From assembly GCA_963850385.1 (NCBI GenBank), contig CAWKKS010000002.1:124578-188577 (forward strand): a DNA stretch of 64,000 nt. Reading direction: 5' to 3'. A program made the translations under genes and the position numbers. Every line of letters starts with the position of its first letter. Positions within the stretch are counted from its first letter, which is position 1. Below, piece after piece: positions 9,599-19,245 of the stretch. The stretch comes from Candidatus Dormiibacterota bacterium. Its GTDB lineage: Bacteria > Chloroflexota > Dormibacteria > Aeolococcales > Aeolococcaceae. Below the pieces are notes generated by a model. It was not told the DNA's origin. It saw only the letters and a program-made list of their open reading frames with translations, and did not search any database.

Positions 9599-10699
9599 CT
9601 ACCTGCGATCGCGGAGGAACGCCGGGATGTCGAGGTCATCCGCGTTGGCCGGTGTGGCCGAGCGCCCACCGATGGTGAACGCCGGGGCCGCGGGGGTCAC
9701 CGGCCGCGCCGCCGGCTCGTACGCGAGGGTGCCGAGCACGTCGATGTGCCCGGTGAACCCGGTGGCGATCACGGTGATCTTCACCTCGCCCTTCATCTGC
9801 TCGTCGATGACGGTGCCGAAGATGATCTGGGCGTCCGGGTCGGCGAACTCGCTGACCAGTTGGGCCGCCTCGTTGACCTCGTAGAGGGTGAGGTCGGGCC
9901 CACCGGTGACGTTGAGCAGGATGCCCTTGGCGCCCGCGATGGTGGTCTCGAGCAGCGGGCTCGCCACCGCGTCGCGGGCGGCGTCGGCGGCACGCGTGTC
10001 CCCGTTGCCGAAGCCGATGCCCATGAGGGCGGCGCCCTGGCCCGACATGATCGCCTTGACGTCGGCGAAGTCGAGGTTGATCAGCCCGGGGAAGACGATG
10101 AGGTCGCTGATGCCCTGGACGCCCTGGCGGAGAACGTCATCCGCCAACTTGAACGCCTCGGTGATCGGGGTGCGCTTGTCGACCACCTGCATGAGCCGCT
10201 CGTTGGGGATGGTGATGAGGGTGTCGACGCGACCCTGCAGGTTGGCGATGCCGTCATCCGCGGCACGCTGGCGCTTCAGGCCCTCGAACTTGAACGGCTT
10301 GGTGACCACCCCGATGGTCAGCGCGCCCTGCTCGCGGGCGATCTCTGCGATGGCCGGCGCGGCGCCGGTGCCGGTGCCGCCCCCCATGCCGGCGGTGACG
10401 AACACCATGTCGCAGTCGGCGAGCAGCTTGGTCAGCTCCTCGCGCGTCTCCTCGGCCGCCTCGGCGCCGCGCAGCGGGTCACCGCCCGCCCCCAGGCCAC
10501 GAGTCAGCTTCGAGCCGATGCGCACCTTCTTGTGCGCGTTGCTCAGCTGCAGCGCCTGGTGGTCGGTGTTGACCGCGATGAACTCGACCCCCTTGAGGCG
10601 GCTCTGGATCATGCGGTTGACGGCGTTGCTGCCGCCGCCACCGACGCCGACCACCTTGATGCGCGCGTTTCCTTCCAATGTCCGGTCGAGGTCGTTCAT
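9599..10699 (-). CDS. ftsZ: Cell division protein FtsZ
   Basis: [42 protein letters not shown] tail; GAGGAG SD. Confidence 0.98.
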   Translation of the reverse strand: MNDLDRTLEGNARIKVVGVGGGGSNAVNRMIQSRLKGVEFIAVNTDHQALQLSNAHKKVRIGSKLTRGLGAGGDPLRGAEAAEETREELTKLLADCDMVFVTAGMGGGTGTGAAPAIAEIAREQGALTIGVVTKPFKFEGLKRQRAADDGIANLQGRVDTLITIPNERLMQVVDKRTPITEAFKLADDVLRQGVQGISDLIVFPGLINLDFADVKAIMSGQGAALMGIGFGNGDTRAADAARDAVASPLLETTIAGAKGILLNVTGGPDLTLYEVNEAAQLVSEFADPDAQIIFGTVIDEQMKGEVKITVIATGFTGHIDVLGTLAYEPAARPVTPAAPAFTIGGRSATPANADDLDIPAFLRDRR

Positions 10700-10835
10700 G
10701 GGCGTCTCCTCACGCTGCCTGCTCTTCGGACGCAGCGAAAACTTGCCCGCACGCGTCGTTTCATCATCGTTGCCACGACCGACGGGTTCATCCGCCGGCG
10801 CGTCGCCGTCGTCAAGCCCGTACAACTTCATCCGT

Positions 10836-12074
10836 TCAGAAAAGTTCACGCAACCACCGTCCAAATCGATCACCGACGTGCTGTCCATTGCCGTTCTGCG
10901 CCCTGCCGGTGAGGTCGACGCTGCGCCCCGACCGCCCGCGCGCGCCCCAGCGGAGCAGGCCCACCACGGTCGCGTGGTGTGGTCCGCTGATCTCATCGTT
11001 CATCCCGTGCACGCCGGTCGGCGCCGCCACGCGCGCCGGCAGGTCGGTGACCTGCTGGATCACCTCAACGAAGCCGCGCAGCAGGGCGCCCCCACCGGTG
11101 AGGACGATGCCACCGGGGAAGCTGCTCGGTGGTCCCGCCATCTCCACCTGCTCGGCGATCAACTGGGCCATCTCCCGAGCGCGCGGCCCGATGATCTCGG
11201 CGAGGAACCGCTGCGGCACGTTGACAGGCTCGTCGTAGCCCATCGGGAGGAGCTTCACCTCGGCGTCGGCGGGCAGCGTCAACTGCAGGCAGTGCCCGTA
11301 CGCGCGCTTGGTCGCCTCGGCGGTCTCCAGGTCACAGCGCAGCCCCACGGCGAGGTCGCCGCTGACGTGGTTGCCGCCCACGGGTATGACCGCGGTGTGG
11401 ATGATGCTGCCCTTGGCAAAAACTGCCACGTCAGTGGTGCCGCCGCCGATGTCGGCGACCACCACGCCACGGTCGAGCTCGTCCTCGCCGATCACCGCCT
11501 CGGCCGAGGCGAGCACCTGCAGGACCAGGTCATCGACATCGAGCCCGGCCTTGTGCACCACCTTGACCACGTTCTGGATGGCCGTGTTGGTGCCGGTGAT
11601 GATGTGGGCGTCGACCTCGAGCCGAGTGCCGGCCATGCCCAGGGCGTCGCGCACCCCCTGCTGGCCGTCGATGGTGAACTGCTGTGGCAGCACGTGGAGG
11701 ATCTTGCGATCCGATGGCACGCTGACCGCGCGCGCGGCCTCGACCGCACGGGTGACGTCGGCATCGCGCACCTCACGGTGACCCGCCGACACGGCGACCA
11801 CGCCTCGCGAGTTCTGCGAGGTGATGCTGGTGCCGGCGAGGCCGACCACCGCCGAATCGACGGGGACCCCGCTCATCTGCTCGGCGAGGTCCACAGCCTC
11901 GGCCACCGCCTCAGCCGCCCGGTCGATCTCGATGATCGCGCCCTTGCGAATGCCCCGCGAGGGCGCCTCGCCCACACCGAGGACACGCAACCCGGTGCTG
12001 TCCAACTCGGCGATGGCGCAGCAGACCTTCGTCGTTCCTAGATCGAGTGCAAAGACGCGGCGAGAACGGGTCAC
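10836..12074 (-). CDS. ftsA: Cell division protein FtsA
   Basis: [25 protein letters not shown]-terminal amphipathic RWLRELF; GGAGG SD. Confidence 0.96.
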   Translation of the reverse strand: MTRSRRVFALDLGTTKVCCAIAELDSTGLRVLGVGEAPSRGIRKGAIIEIDRAAEAVAEAVDLAEQMSGVPVDSAVVGLAGTSITSQNSRGVVAVSAGHREVRDADVTRAVEAARAVSVPSDRKILHVLPQQFTIDGQQGVRDALGMAGTRLEVDAHIITGTNTAIQNVVKVVHKAGLDVDDLVLQVLASAEAVIGEDELDRGVVVADIGGGTTDVAVFAKGSIIHTAVIPVGGNHVSGDLAVGLRCDLETAEATKRAYGHCLQLTLPADAEVKLLPMGYDEPVNVPQRFLAEIIGPRAREMAQLIAEQVEMAGPPSSFPGGIVLTGGGALLRGFVEVIQQVTDLPARVAAPTGVHGMNDEISGPHHATVVGLLRWGARGRSGRSVDLTGRAQNGNGQHVGDRFGRWLRELF

Positions 12075-12133
12075 ACTGGCCTCCGAGTATAGCCGGAGCC
12101 CTCACCTAAAGAAAGGGGTTGTCACGGGCAAAA

Positions 12134-12181
12134 CCGCAAGATGCTGAGTTTGCCGCCGGAGTATGCCACAAGATGTGGCCT
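12134..12181 (-). promoter_or_regulatory. Putative ftsA promoter (extended -10 TGgCATACT) with two NrdR-box-like sites
   Basis: AGGCCACATCTTGTGG (12166-12181) and ACTCAGCATCTTGCGG (12134-12149), 32 bp apart; -10 hexamer at 12160-12165. Confidence 0.6.
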
Positions 12182-12405
12182 GTCCCCGCCCAGGGCCGGG
12201 CCGCTTCAAATGCATCGAAACCACCCATCATCAGGGTGGGGTGGGCGCCCCGGTCAAGGCCGTCAGCCGGCCGCGCCGGTGGCCACGAGACCGCTCGCGG
12301 GCGGGGCCTCGCCGCCTGCACCTCCCGGCGAGACCCCACCGGCCGCAGCCCGGTCGGGCTGGGCAGGCGGGCATCATCGCACCGGCGGCGGCGGCTGTGA
12401 ACGGA

Positions 12406-13455
12406 TCAGGACGGCGGGGTCAGCACCAGCTTCCCGCGCTGCTCGCCGCGGACCAGCTCGGCGAAGGCGTCGGCCGCCTCGCCCAGCGGCCGCACCGAGT
12501 CGACGAGCGGGGTCAGCGTCCCCGTCGAGCACAGCTCGACCAGCCGGGCCAGCTCCGCGCGCGTCCCCATGCTGCTGCCGGCGACGGTCAGATGGCGCCA
12601 GAAGATCCGGTTGAGCTGGGCCGGCGGGTTGGCTCCCGCGGTGGCGCCGGAGACCACCAGCGTACCTCCCGGCCGCAGCGCGCGGAGCGAGAAGTCCCAG
12701 GTGGCCTCGCCCACGGTGTCGACCACCACGTCCACACCGCCATCGCTTGCCGCCAGCACCCGCTTCAGGTCGTCGCGCTCGACCGCGAACGCTGCCGTCG
12801 CGCCCAGCTCCAGCGCGGTGGCGCGCTTCTCCTCCGTGCGGGAGGTGGCGAAGACGGTCAACCCCGCGGCGGCGCCGAGGATGATGGCAGCGCTGGCGAC
12901 GCCGCCCGTGGCCCCGTGGACGAGGATGCGCTGCCCCGGCTGCAGAGCGCCGCGGACGAAGAGCATGCGGTAGGCGGTCAGGTAGGCGGTGGGCAGGCAC
13001 GCGGCCGTGGTCACGTCGACGGTGGCGGGGAGCGGCAGGATGTTGCCCACCGGGACCACCAGGCGCGCGGCGAGCGTGCCCGGGTACGGCGGCTCGCTGA
13101 GCAGGCCGATGTGCGGGCAGTGGAGCTCGTCGCGGTTGCGGCACGCGCTGCAGTGCCCGCAGGTCATCACGCCGTGCACGACCACCGTCGCCCCGACCGG
13201 CGGCGCACCCACCGGGTCAGTACCGTCGCCGTACTCGAGCACGGTTCCGGCGGCGTCACAGCCGAGCACCTGCGCCTCCTTGAGGGGGCGCGAGCCGACG
13301 CCGCGCAGCGTCCACAGGTCGTGGTGGTTGAGCGACGCCGCGCCCACCGCCAGGAGCACCTCGCCCGTTCCCGGCCTCGGGTCGGGCAGCTCGACGAGCT
13401 CGAGGTTGGCGAGCGGGTCGTCGCCACCGAAGCGGGCGGCGCGGACTGCGAGCAC
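12406..13455 (-). CDS. Zinc-binding alcohol dehydrogenase / quinone oxidoreductase (MDR family)
   Basis: SLNHHDL, GCDAAG, CGHCSAC, HGATGGVA, GSSMGT. Confidence 0.9.
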   Translation of the reverse strand: MLAVRAARFGGDDPLANLELVELPDPRPGTGEVLLAVGAASLNHHDLWTLRGVGSRPLKEAQVLGCDAAGTVLEYGDGTDPVGAPPVGATVVVHGVMTCGHCSACRNRDELHCPHIGLLSEPPYPGTLAARLVVPVGNILPLPATVDVTTAACLPTAYLTAYRMLFVRGALQPGQRILVHGATGGVASAAIILGAAAGLTVFATSRTEEKRATALELGATAAFAVERDDLKRVLAASDGGVDVVVDTVGEATWDFSLRALRPGGTLVVSGATAGANPPAQLNRIFWRHLTVAGSSMGTRAELARLVELCSTGTLTPLVDSVRPLGEAADAFAELVRGEQRGKLVLTPPS

Positions 13456-13511
13456 GGGCCAACGGTACCATCGCGCCCGTTGGTGGCCGAGGATGCCCTT
13501 ACCATCGCGAC

Positions 13512-14399
13512 ATGCGCATCGACAGCCTTTTCGCGCGGGGTGAACCACTCTTCTCGTTCGAGTTCTTTCCGCCCCGCGACGACGATGGCGCCGAGCGACT
13601 CTTCGCGACCATCGCCGCGCTGCGTGACCTCGAGCCGGCCTACGTCTCGGTCACGCACGGGGCCGGCGGCAGCGCGCGCGACGAGCGCACCGTACGCCTG
13701 GTCAAGCGCATCCGCGAGGAGACCGGTCTTCTCCCGATGGCCCACCTGACCTGCCGCGACTCGACGGTCGACGAGCTCGTCGGCGAGATCCGTCAGTACC
13801 AGGCGTTCGGCGTCGAGAACGTCCTGGCCATCCGTGGCGACCCTCCCGACGGCGCCGGGTCGTTCAGCGCACCGGAGGGTGGCCTGCGGTTCGCCAGCGA
13901 GCTGGTGCGTCTTCTGCGCGAGAACGCCGACATGTGCGTGGTCGCCGCGTGCTCACCGGAGAAGCACATCGAGTCCCCCACGCTCGAGCAGGACGTGGCG
14001 GCGGCACTGGAGAAGGTGCAGGCGGGTGCCAGCTTCCTGATCACCCAGTTGTTCTTCGACAACCGCGCGTACTTCGACTTCGTGGTGCGCGCGCGCGCCG
14101 CAGGGGTCTCGGTGCCGATCGTGCCCGGCATCATGCCGATCACCAACGTCGACCAGGTGTACCGGTTCACCGCCAAGATCGGCGCCTCCATCCCGCCGGC
14201 GTTGCGCGACGCGCTCAGTGACCGCAGCGACGACGCCGCGGCGGTGCTGCAGCTCGGCGTCGCCTGGGCGACCCTGCAGTGCAGTCAGCTGCTGCGCGCC
14301 GGCGCCCCGGGCATCCACTTCATCACCCTCAACCGCTCGCCGGCGACGCGCGCCATCCTCACCGCGCTGCGCATCGCCCGCCCGTGGGAGGGGGTCTGA
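13512..14399 (+). CDS. metF: 5,10-methylenetetrahydrofolate reductase
   Basis: SFEFFPP, YVSVTHGAGG, AHLTC, LAIRGDPP, ITQLFFD, GIHFITLNR. Confidence 0.96.
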   Translation: MRIDSLFARGEPLFSFEFFPPRDDDGAERLFATIAALRDLEPAYVSVTHGAGGSARDERTVRLVKRIREETGLLPMAHLTCRDSTVDELVGEIRQYQAFGVENVLAIRGDPPDGAGSFSAPEGGLRFASELVRLLRENADMCVVAACSPEKHIESPTLEQDVAAALEKVQAGASFLITQLFFDNRAYFDFVVRARAAGVSVPIVPGIMPITNVDQVYRFTAKIGASIPPALRDALSDRSDDAAAVLQLGVAWATLQCSQLLRAGAPGIHFITLNRSPATRAILTALRIARPWEGV

Positions 14400-14400
14400 C

Positions 14401-15546
14401 CTAACCCGTCCGCGTGGGCGCCGGGAGTGTGAACACCAGCGGGCTCGGTGTGGGACGTGGCGTCGGCGCCGGCGTCGGTGACGGGCCCGGCGTGGCGGGA
14501 TCGCTCGGCATCGCCGCGGCGGACCCTGCGCTGGACGACAACGCATCCGGCGTAGCACCGACCAGGGTGCTGCCGGCGATGTCGCTGCGCACACCGGCCG
14601 GTTCGCCGGGATGACCGCCGACCGCAGGGGCGGTGGGGTTCTCGAGATCAACGTAGCCGAACGTCGGGTGTGTGAAGTCCAGCCGGCCCTTCAGTGCCGC
14701 GAGCACGGCCAGCTGCCCCGGTATCGCGGTGACCGCGTCGCGGCTGTCGACGGCGCCGAAGGTCGCCTGCCAGCCGGTGGTCGTCCATGCCGAGAGGATG
14801 TTGGCGCTGCTGATCACGAAGGCGTCGATGGAGCAGCCATACACCGACGGCCACCTCCGGCTTGCACTGGCCAGCAGTTCGGCGAGCCCGGGGGGCAGCG
14901 CACGCTGTGCGCCGGGCCGATAGTCGAGCAGCAGCGGGATGCCCCGGCGGGCCGCCGCCGTGGACTGCGTGTAGGCAAGCGTGGCGCCGTTGCCGGCAAC
15001 GAACGTGCTGCTGGTGTCGTGGCGGAGCAGCACGTCGGGCTGCCACTCCCTCACCACGATCTGGACGGTCGACGGCAGCTGCGTGCTGACGGTCGCCTCG
15101 CGCACCCATGGCAGGCTGCTCACCCGCGCGCGGATCGCCTCGCCGTCGACGGTGAACAGGCTGGAGCCGGGGACTTTGGCCGCGGCGAGGACCGCGTTCC
15201 GACTCAACAGGTGATCACCGGTCACGGCGACGGTGTGGACGCGGAAGGTCGGGGCGGTGAGCAGCGCCGCGAGCACGCCGGCCTGGACCACCAGGCAGGC
15301 GGCGCCGATCAGCCGTCGAGCGCCTGTCCGGTGACGCAGGTCGGTGGCCACCGCCGGGCGTGGTCGCGGTCCGTGGCTGCGCCGCCGCGTCGACGGTTGG
15401 AGGGGGACCCCCACCGGCACATGGAAGCGCCGTCGGAGTCGCGGACCGTCGACGAGTGCAGCCGCGACCGCTCTGATCTGTGCACGACGTGAATCCGCCT
15501 CGGCGAGTGGGCGTGCGGAAGGGCGCTCAGTGGTGTTCTGTGGCAT
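14401..15546 (-). CDS. ftsQ: Cell division protein FtsQ/DivIB (POTRA domain) with Pro-rich C-terminal tail
   Basis: Single transmembrane (TM) helix, LPWVREATV, YVDLENP; last gene of the dcw block. Confidence 0.78.
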   Translation of the reverse strand: MPQNTTERPSARPLAEADSRRAQIRAVAAALVDGPRLRRRFHVPVGVPLQPSTRRRSHGPRPRPAVATDLRHRTGARRLIGAACLVVQAGVLAALLTAPTFRVHTVAVTGDHLLSRNAVLAAAKVPGSSLFTVDGEAIRARVSSLPWVREATVSTQLPSTVQIVVREWQPDVLLRHDTSSTFVAGNGATLAYTQSTAAARRGIPLLLDYRPGAQRALPPGLAELLASASRRWPSVYGCSIDAFVISSANILSAWTTTGWQATFGAVDSRDAVTAIPGQLAVLAALKGRLDFTHPTFGYVDLENPTAPAVGGHPGEPAGVRSDIAGSTLVGATPDALSSSAGSAAAMPSDPATPGPSPTPAPTPRPTPSPLVFTLPAPTRTG

Positions 15547-15638
15547 CGGTGGGGGACGTGGGCTGTGGCTGATGCGACCGGCGCGCCGGTGGGGCCATTA
15601 TGCGACCGATCCGGCGCTGGCGACCGTTCCCGGTGCGT

Positions 15639-17291
15639 TCAGGCAGCTCCCAGGTAGGTGTCCGGGAGGTCGTTGGCAAACAGCACGGCGTCGCCGGCCA
15701 CCGCGATGCGACCGATCACCGCGGTGGCCTCGGCCAGTGTGCGCACCACGTGGATGCGATCGTCCGCCAGGCCGCCGGCGCGCAGACCGTCACGCAGCGC
15801 CCGACCCGGGCGCGCCTCCATCACGATGACGTGGTCGCAGACACGCGCGGCGTGCTCGCCGTAGCGGCGGTTCTCGTCGTCCTCCACGGAGCCGAGCTCG
15901 ACGAGGCCGGGTGTGACCAGGATTCGCGACCGCGCATCGAGCTCGGCGAGCACCTCGAGCCCGTTGTGCACGCCCACCGGGTTGGCGTTGTAGCTGTCGT
16001 CGATGACCGTGATCGCGTTGCCCGTGACCACCGGTTGCAGGCGATGATCGACGGGCCGGAGTGAGCTGATGGAGTCGAGCGCCGGCTGCAGCGGCAGGCC
16101 GAGCCGGTGCACGGTGGCCAGGGCGGCGCTGACGTTCAGCACCTGGTGCCGCCCCAGGAGGGGCACCTCGACGTCGTGCTCGAGCCCTGCTGCCGGCCAC
16201 CGCCATGTGAATCGTGAACCGGTGCCGGTCACGCGCACACCGGCGGCGACGACGTCGAGCGCACCGCCCTGCCCATCGATGCCGTAGCGCACAACGGCGC
16301 GGCCGTCGGCACCGGCCCGGTCGGCGAGCAGCGCCGTCTGCTCGTCGCCCGCGTACACGACCGCAAACCCATCGTCCGGCAGCGCCTCGACCGTCTCATA
16401 CAGCGCGCCGGCGATGCGATCCATGGTGTCGAAGCGTTCCAGGTGCTGGGGGCCGACGGAGGTGATGAGCGCGTTCTGCGGCCGCACCAGAGCGCAGATG
16501 GAGGCGATCTCTCCCGGCGCGTATGCATCCATCTCCACAACGAAGGTGCGGTGGTGCGGCTCGAGGTCCTCGTTGATCGTCTTGGAGACGCCCATCAGGG
16601 TGTTGAAGCTCTTGGGGGTGGCCAGCGTCGACCCGTAGCGGTCGAGCATGTGCGCGAGGATGTGCTTGGTGGATGTCTTGCCGTAGCTGCCGGCCACGGC
16701 GATCACCAGTGGCGCCACGACGGACAGACGTTGACTCGCCTTGCGCAGGAATCCACGTCGCACCCGGGCCTCCGCCGGGGCGTTGACCGCGTTGGCCACC
16801 GCCAGGAACAGCATGGCCAGGGCGGTGACGCCGCCACCCAGCGCGATGGCGACCACCCCGCCCAACCACGGGGGCGCCAGGACCAAGGCGAAGCACGTCG
16901 CCGCCACCACCAGGAGCGCCAGCACCGCGGTGGTACCGAGCAGGCGTCTCATCCTTGGCGTGAGCACCAGCTCCTTCTTGGGCGCCAGCCATCGCCATGC
17001 CACCTGCGCCAGGACGGCTCCGCCGGCCCATGCTGCGGCAAGCGTCGCGCGGAGCCCGCCCCAGCCGCTCGCCAACAGGGCGACCATCGTGGCGAGCGCG
17101 ACCGGCAGACCCGCGGTCAGCACGGAGCGGTGGAGCAGCCAGGCTCGCGTCCCCCCCCATTCGTACAGCCGGCGCGCCTCGTACTCCTCGATCTGGTACA
17201 TCCGCGCCGCCACCGCCACGATGCGCGCGAACAGCGCCAGCCACAGCGCCCCGGCGAGCGCGATCAGCGCGGTGACCAGCAGGGCGTTCAC
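15639..17291 (-). CDS. murF: MurF-type Mur ligase with a long N-terminal multi-TM domain
   Basis: AVAGSYGKTSTK, VVEMDA, HQVLN, IDDSYNANP, VTPGLVELG; hydrophobic N-terminus of about 170 aa. Confidence 0.85.
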   Translation of the reverse strand: MNALLVTALIALAGALWLALFARIVAVAARMYQIEEYEARRLYEWGGTRAWLLHRSVLTAGLPVALATMVALLASGWGGLRATLAAAWAGGAVLAQVAWRWLAPKKELVLTPRMRRLLGTTAVLALLVVAATCFALVLAPPWLGGVVAIALGGGVTALAMLFLAVANAVNAPAEARVRRGFLRKASQRLSVVAPLVIAVAGSYGKTSTKHILAHMLDRYGSTLATPKSFNTLMGVSKTINEDLEPHHRTFVVEMDAYAPGEIASICALVRPQNALITSVGPQHLERFDTMDRIAGALYETVEALPDDGFAVVYAGDEQTALLADRAGADGRAVVRYGIDGQGGALDVVAAGVRVTGTGSRFTWRWPAAGLEHDVEVPLLGRHQVLNVSAALATVHRLGLPLQPALDSISSLRPVDHRLQPVVTGNAITVIDDSYNANPVGVHNGLEVLAELDARSRILVTPGLVELGSVEDDENRRYGEHAARVCDHVIVMEARPGRALRDGLRAGGLADDRIHVVRTLAEATAVIGRIAVAGDAVLFANDLPDTYLGAA

Positions 17292-18058
17292 CCGTGCTCA
17301 CCGCGCAGGAAGACGTCGACGATGCGTGCGAACCGGTCCGGCTGCTCGGCGTACGCAAAATGGCCGGCGCCCTCGAACACCACCAGCCCGGCGTCGGGGA
17401 TGAGCCGCTCCATGACGCGCCCGTCGGCGAGTGGCGTCTCCTCGTCACGGTCACCCCAGATGAGCAGCGTGGAAGCCGCCACCCTGCCCAGCCAGGGGCG
17501 CATGTCGGTGTTGACGATCCGCACCATGGTGGCGCGCAGCGTCCCGGACGCGGCGCGGTAGTCAGCGCTGCCTCGCTGCTGGGCGCGGCGCTCCGCCGAG
17601 GTCCGCACCGGCGCCGGCAGCCAGCCCCACCGCGAGGCCGCGCGCAGCAGCTTGAAGGTGCGCACCCGCACCTGGTGGCGCAGCCCGTGTCGTGGCCGGA
17701 TGCCGGCGCTGCCCGTCAGCACCAGGCGCCCCACACGATCGGGGTGCGCCACCGCGAGCGCGATGGCGACGCGGCCGCCGTTGGAATGCCCGACCACGTG
17801 TGCGCGGGCGACGCCCAGCCGGTCGAGCAGCCGGAGCACCCACGCGGCGTAGTCGTCGACGCCCCAGGCGCGCGCGGGCGCGGGGGTGTCACCAAACCCG
17901 GGGAGATCGGGAGCGATGGTGCGGTAGCCGGTGAGGCGCTGCGCCAGCGGCGTCATCAGCTCCTTGCTGGCGCCCCACCCGTGCAGCAGCAACAGGGTGG
18001 GGCCGGCCCCAGCGTCGAGCACAGCCGCGGGTGGGTCCTCGACGCCCTGGCCGGTCAC
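17288..18058 (-). CDS. Alpha/beta hydrolase
   Basis: LLHGWG, DLPGFG, GHSNGG nucleophile elbow, WGDRDEETP, AGHFAY. Confidence 0.9.
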   Translation of the reverse strand: MTGQGVEDPPAAVLDAGAGPTLLLLHGWGASKELMTPLAQRLTGYRTIAPDLPGFGDTPAPARAWGVDDYAAWVLRLLDRLGVARAHVVGHSNGGRVAIALAVAHPDRVGRLVLTGSAGIRPRHGLRHQVRVRTFKLLRAASRWGWLPAPVRTSAERRAQQRGSADYRAASGTLRATMVRIVNTDMRPWLGRVAASTLLIWGDRDEETPLADGRVMERLIPDAGLVVFEGAGHFAYAEQPDRFARIVDVFLRGEHG

Positions 18059-19245
18059 GGAACGGACTTGGCGCCGCCACCGCCGAGCATCCAGCGGTCG
18101 AAGACCGCCGTGCTCTGCGCACGGCGCTCATGACGGCGCCGTGCCAGCGCGATCAGCTCGTCGAGCAACTCGGTGAACGAGAGGCCGTCCGGCTCGAAGA
18201 GGTACGACGACAGCGACCCCGGCACCGGGTTGAGCTCGTTGACGACGAACGACCCGGCGGCGCTGTCGACGATGAAATCGACGCGGGCGACCCCCGCCGC
18301 CCCGACGGCGTTGAAGGCCGCCACCGCCGCTTGACGGATCCGTGCCGCCAGGTGCTCCTCGAGCGGGGCGGGGACGAGCCGCTGGGCCCCCTTCATCCCC
18401 GCCGACTTCGAACCACCCTGCTTGGAGCCGCCGCCGCGGTACTTGTCGTCGTAGGTGAGCAGGCCGCGCGTGGTCGGCTGCTCGAGGAGCGAGGGGCGCG
18501 TGCCCGCCTCATCGCCGAGCACCGCGCAGTTCACCTCGACGATCCCCTCCTGGGCCGCCTCAACCAGGCAGCGCTGGTCGTATGTCAGCGCAACCTCGAT
18601 GGCCTCGCGCAGCTCGGCCGTGTCGCCGGCCCGCGACACCCCGATGCTCGAGCCGAGGCTGATCGGTTTGACGAAGAGCGGATACGGGATCGCCGATTCG
18701 ACGCGGTCAACCATCCCGGCACCGCCGCTGCGCCATCCATCGCGGTCGATGAGGATGTCGTCGAGGACGGGCAGACCGGCCGCGCGGAGAACGGTCTTGG
18801 CCAGGTGCTTGTCCATGGCCACGGCGGAGGCGGCGACGCCGCTGCCGGTGTACGGGATGCCGGCCATCTCCAGCAGCCCCTGCAGGGTGCCGTCCTCGCC
18901 GAACCAGCCATGAACCAGCGGCATCGCCATCTCGATCTCCACGGGCTCGTCGCCGCGCCCGAAGATGCCGCGACGCGCGGACGAGGTGCCCTGCAGGGAG
19001 AGGGTGGCGCGGGTGGGGTCGATGACCGGCGTCACCGCGGTGCACTCGGGGAGGAGCGCGTCGACATCGGTGAACCGTGTCAGCTGACGCAAGGCGCTGC
19101 CGGTGAACCAGCGCCCGTCCTTGGCGATGTACACCGGCACAGCCTGGTGCGCCGGGGAGAGCGCAGCCATTGCCTGGTGCGCGGTGATCACCGACACCTC
19201 GTGCTCGACCGACCGGCTGCCGAAGATGACCCCGATCGAGCTCAT
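18055..19245 (-). CDS. ddl: D-alanine--D-alanine ligase family protein
   Basis: FGSRSVEHEVS, HGWFGEDGTLQG, FVKPISLGSSIG, EVNCAV, YDDKY, RVDF, NELNPVPG. Confidence 0.92.
   Translation of the reverse strand: MSSIGVIFGSRSVEHEVSVITAHQAMAALSPAHQAVPVYIAKDGRWFTGSALRQLTRFTDVDALLPECTAVTPVIDPTRATLSLQGTSSARRGIFGRGDEPVEIEMAMPLVHGWFGEDGTLQGLLEMAGIPYTGSGVAASAVAMDKHLAKTVLRAAGLPVLDDILIDRDGWRSGGAGMVDRVESAIPYPLFVKPISLGSSIGVSRAGDTAELREAIEVALTYDQRCLVEAAQEGIVEVNCAVLGDEAGTRPSLLEQPTTRGLLTYDDKYRGGGSKQGGSKSAGMKGAQRLVPAPLEEHLAARIRQAAVAAFNAVGAAGVARVDFIVDSAAGSFVVNELNPVPGSLSSYLFEPDGLSFTELLDELIALARRRHERRAQSTAVFDRWMLGGGGAKSVP

Noticed and set aside
10700-10831. In-frame 44-codon N-terminal extension of FtsZ from ATG 10831
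   Set aside because: No SD or leaderless -10 at 10831, while ATG 10699 has GAGGAG; an open frame of this length is unremarkable here
9888-12041. 717-aa plus-strand ORF opposite ftsA/ftsZ, and similar long antisense ORFs (36788-38710, 45949-49332, 26149-27957)
   Set aside because: Shadow ORFs expected at this GC level; no family motifs; fully antisense to clear genes
15572-15626. ACCGGCGCGCCGGT palindrome and GCGACCG repeats upstream of ftsQ
   Set aside because: Almost all G/C, so likely by chance; no matching known operator; only the CATAAT -10 is suggestive
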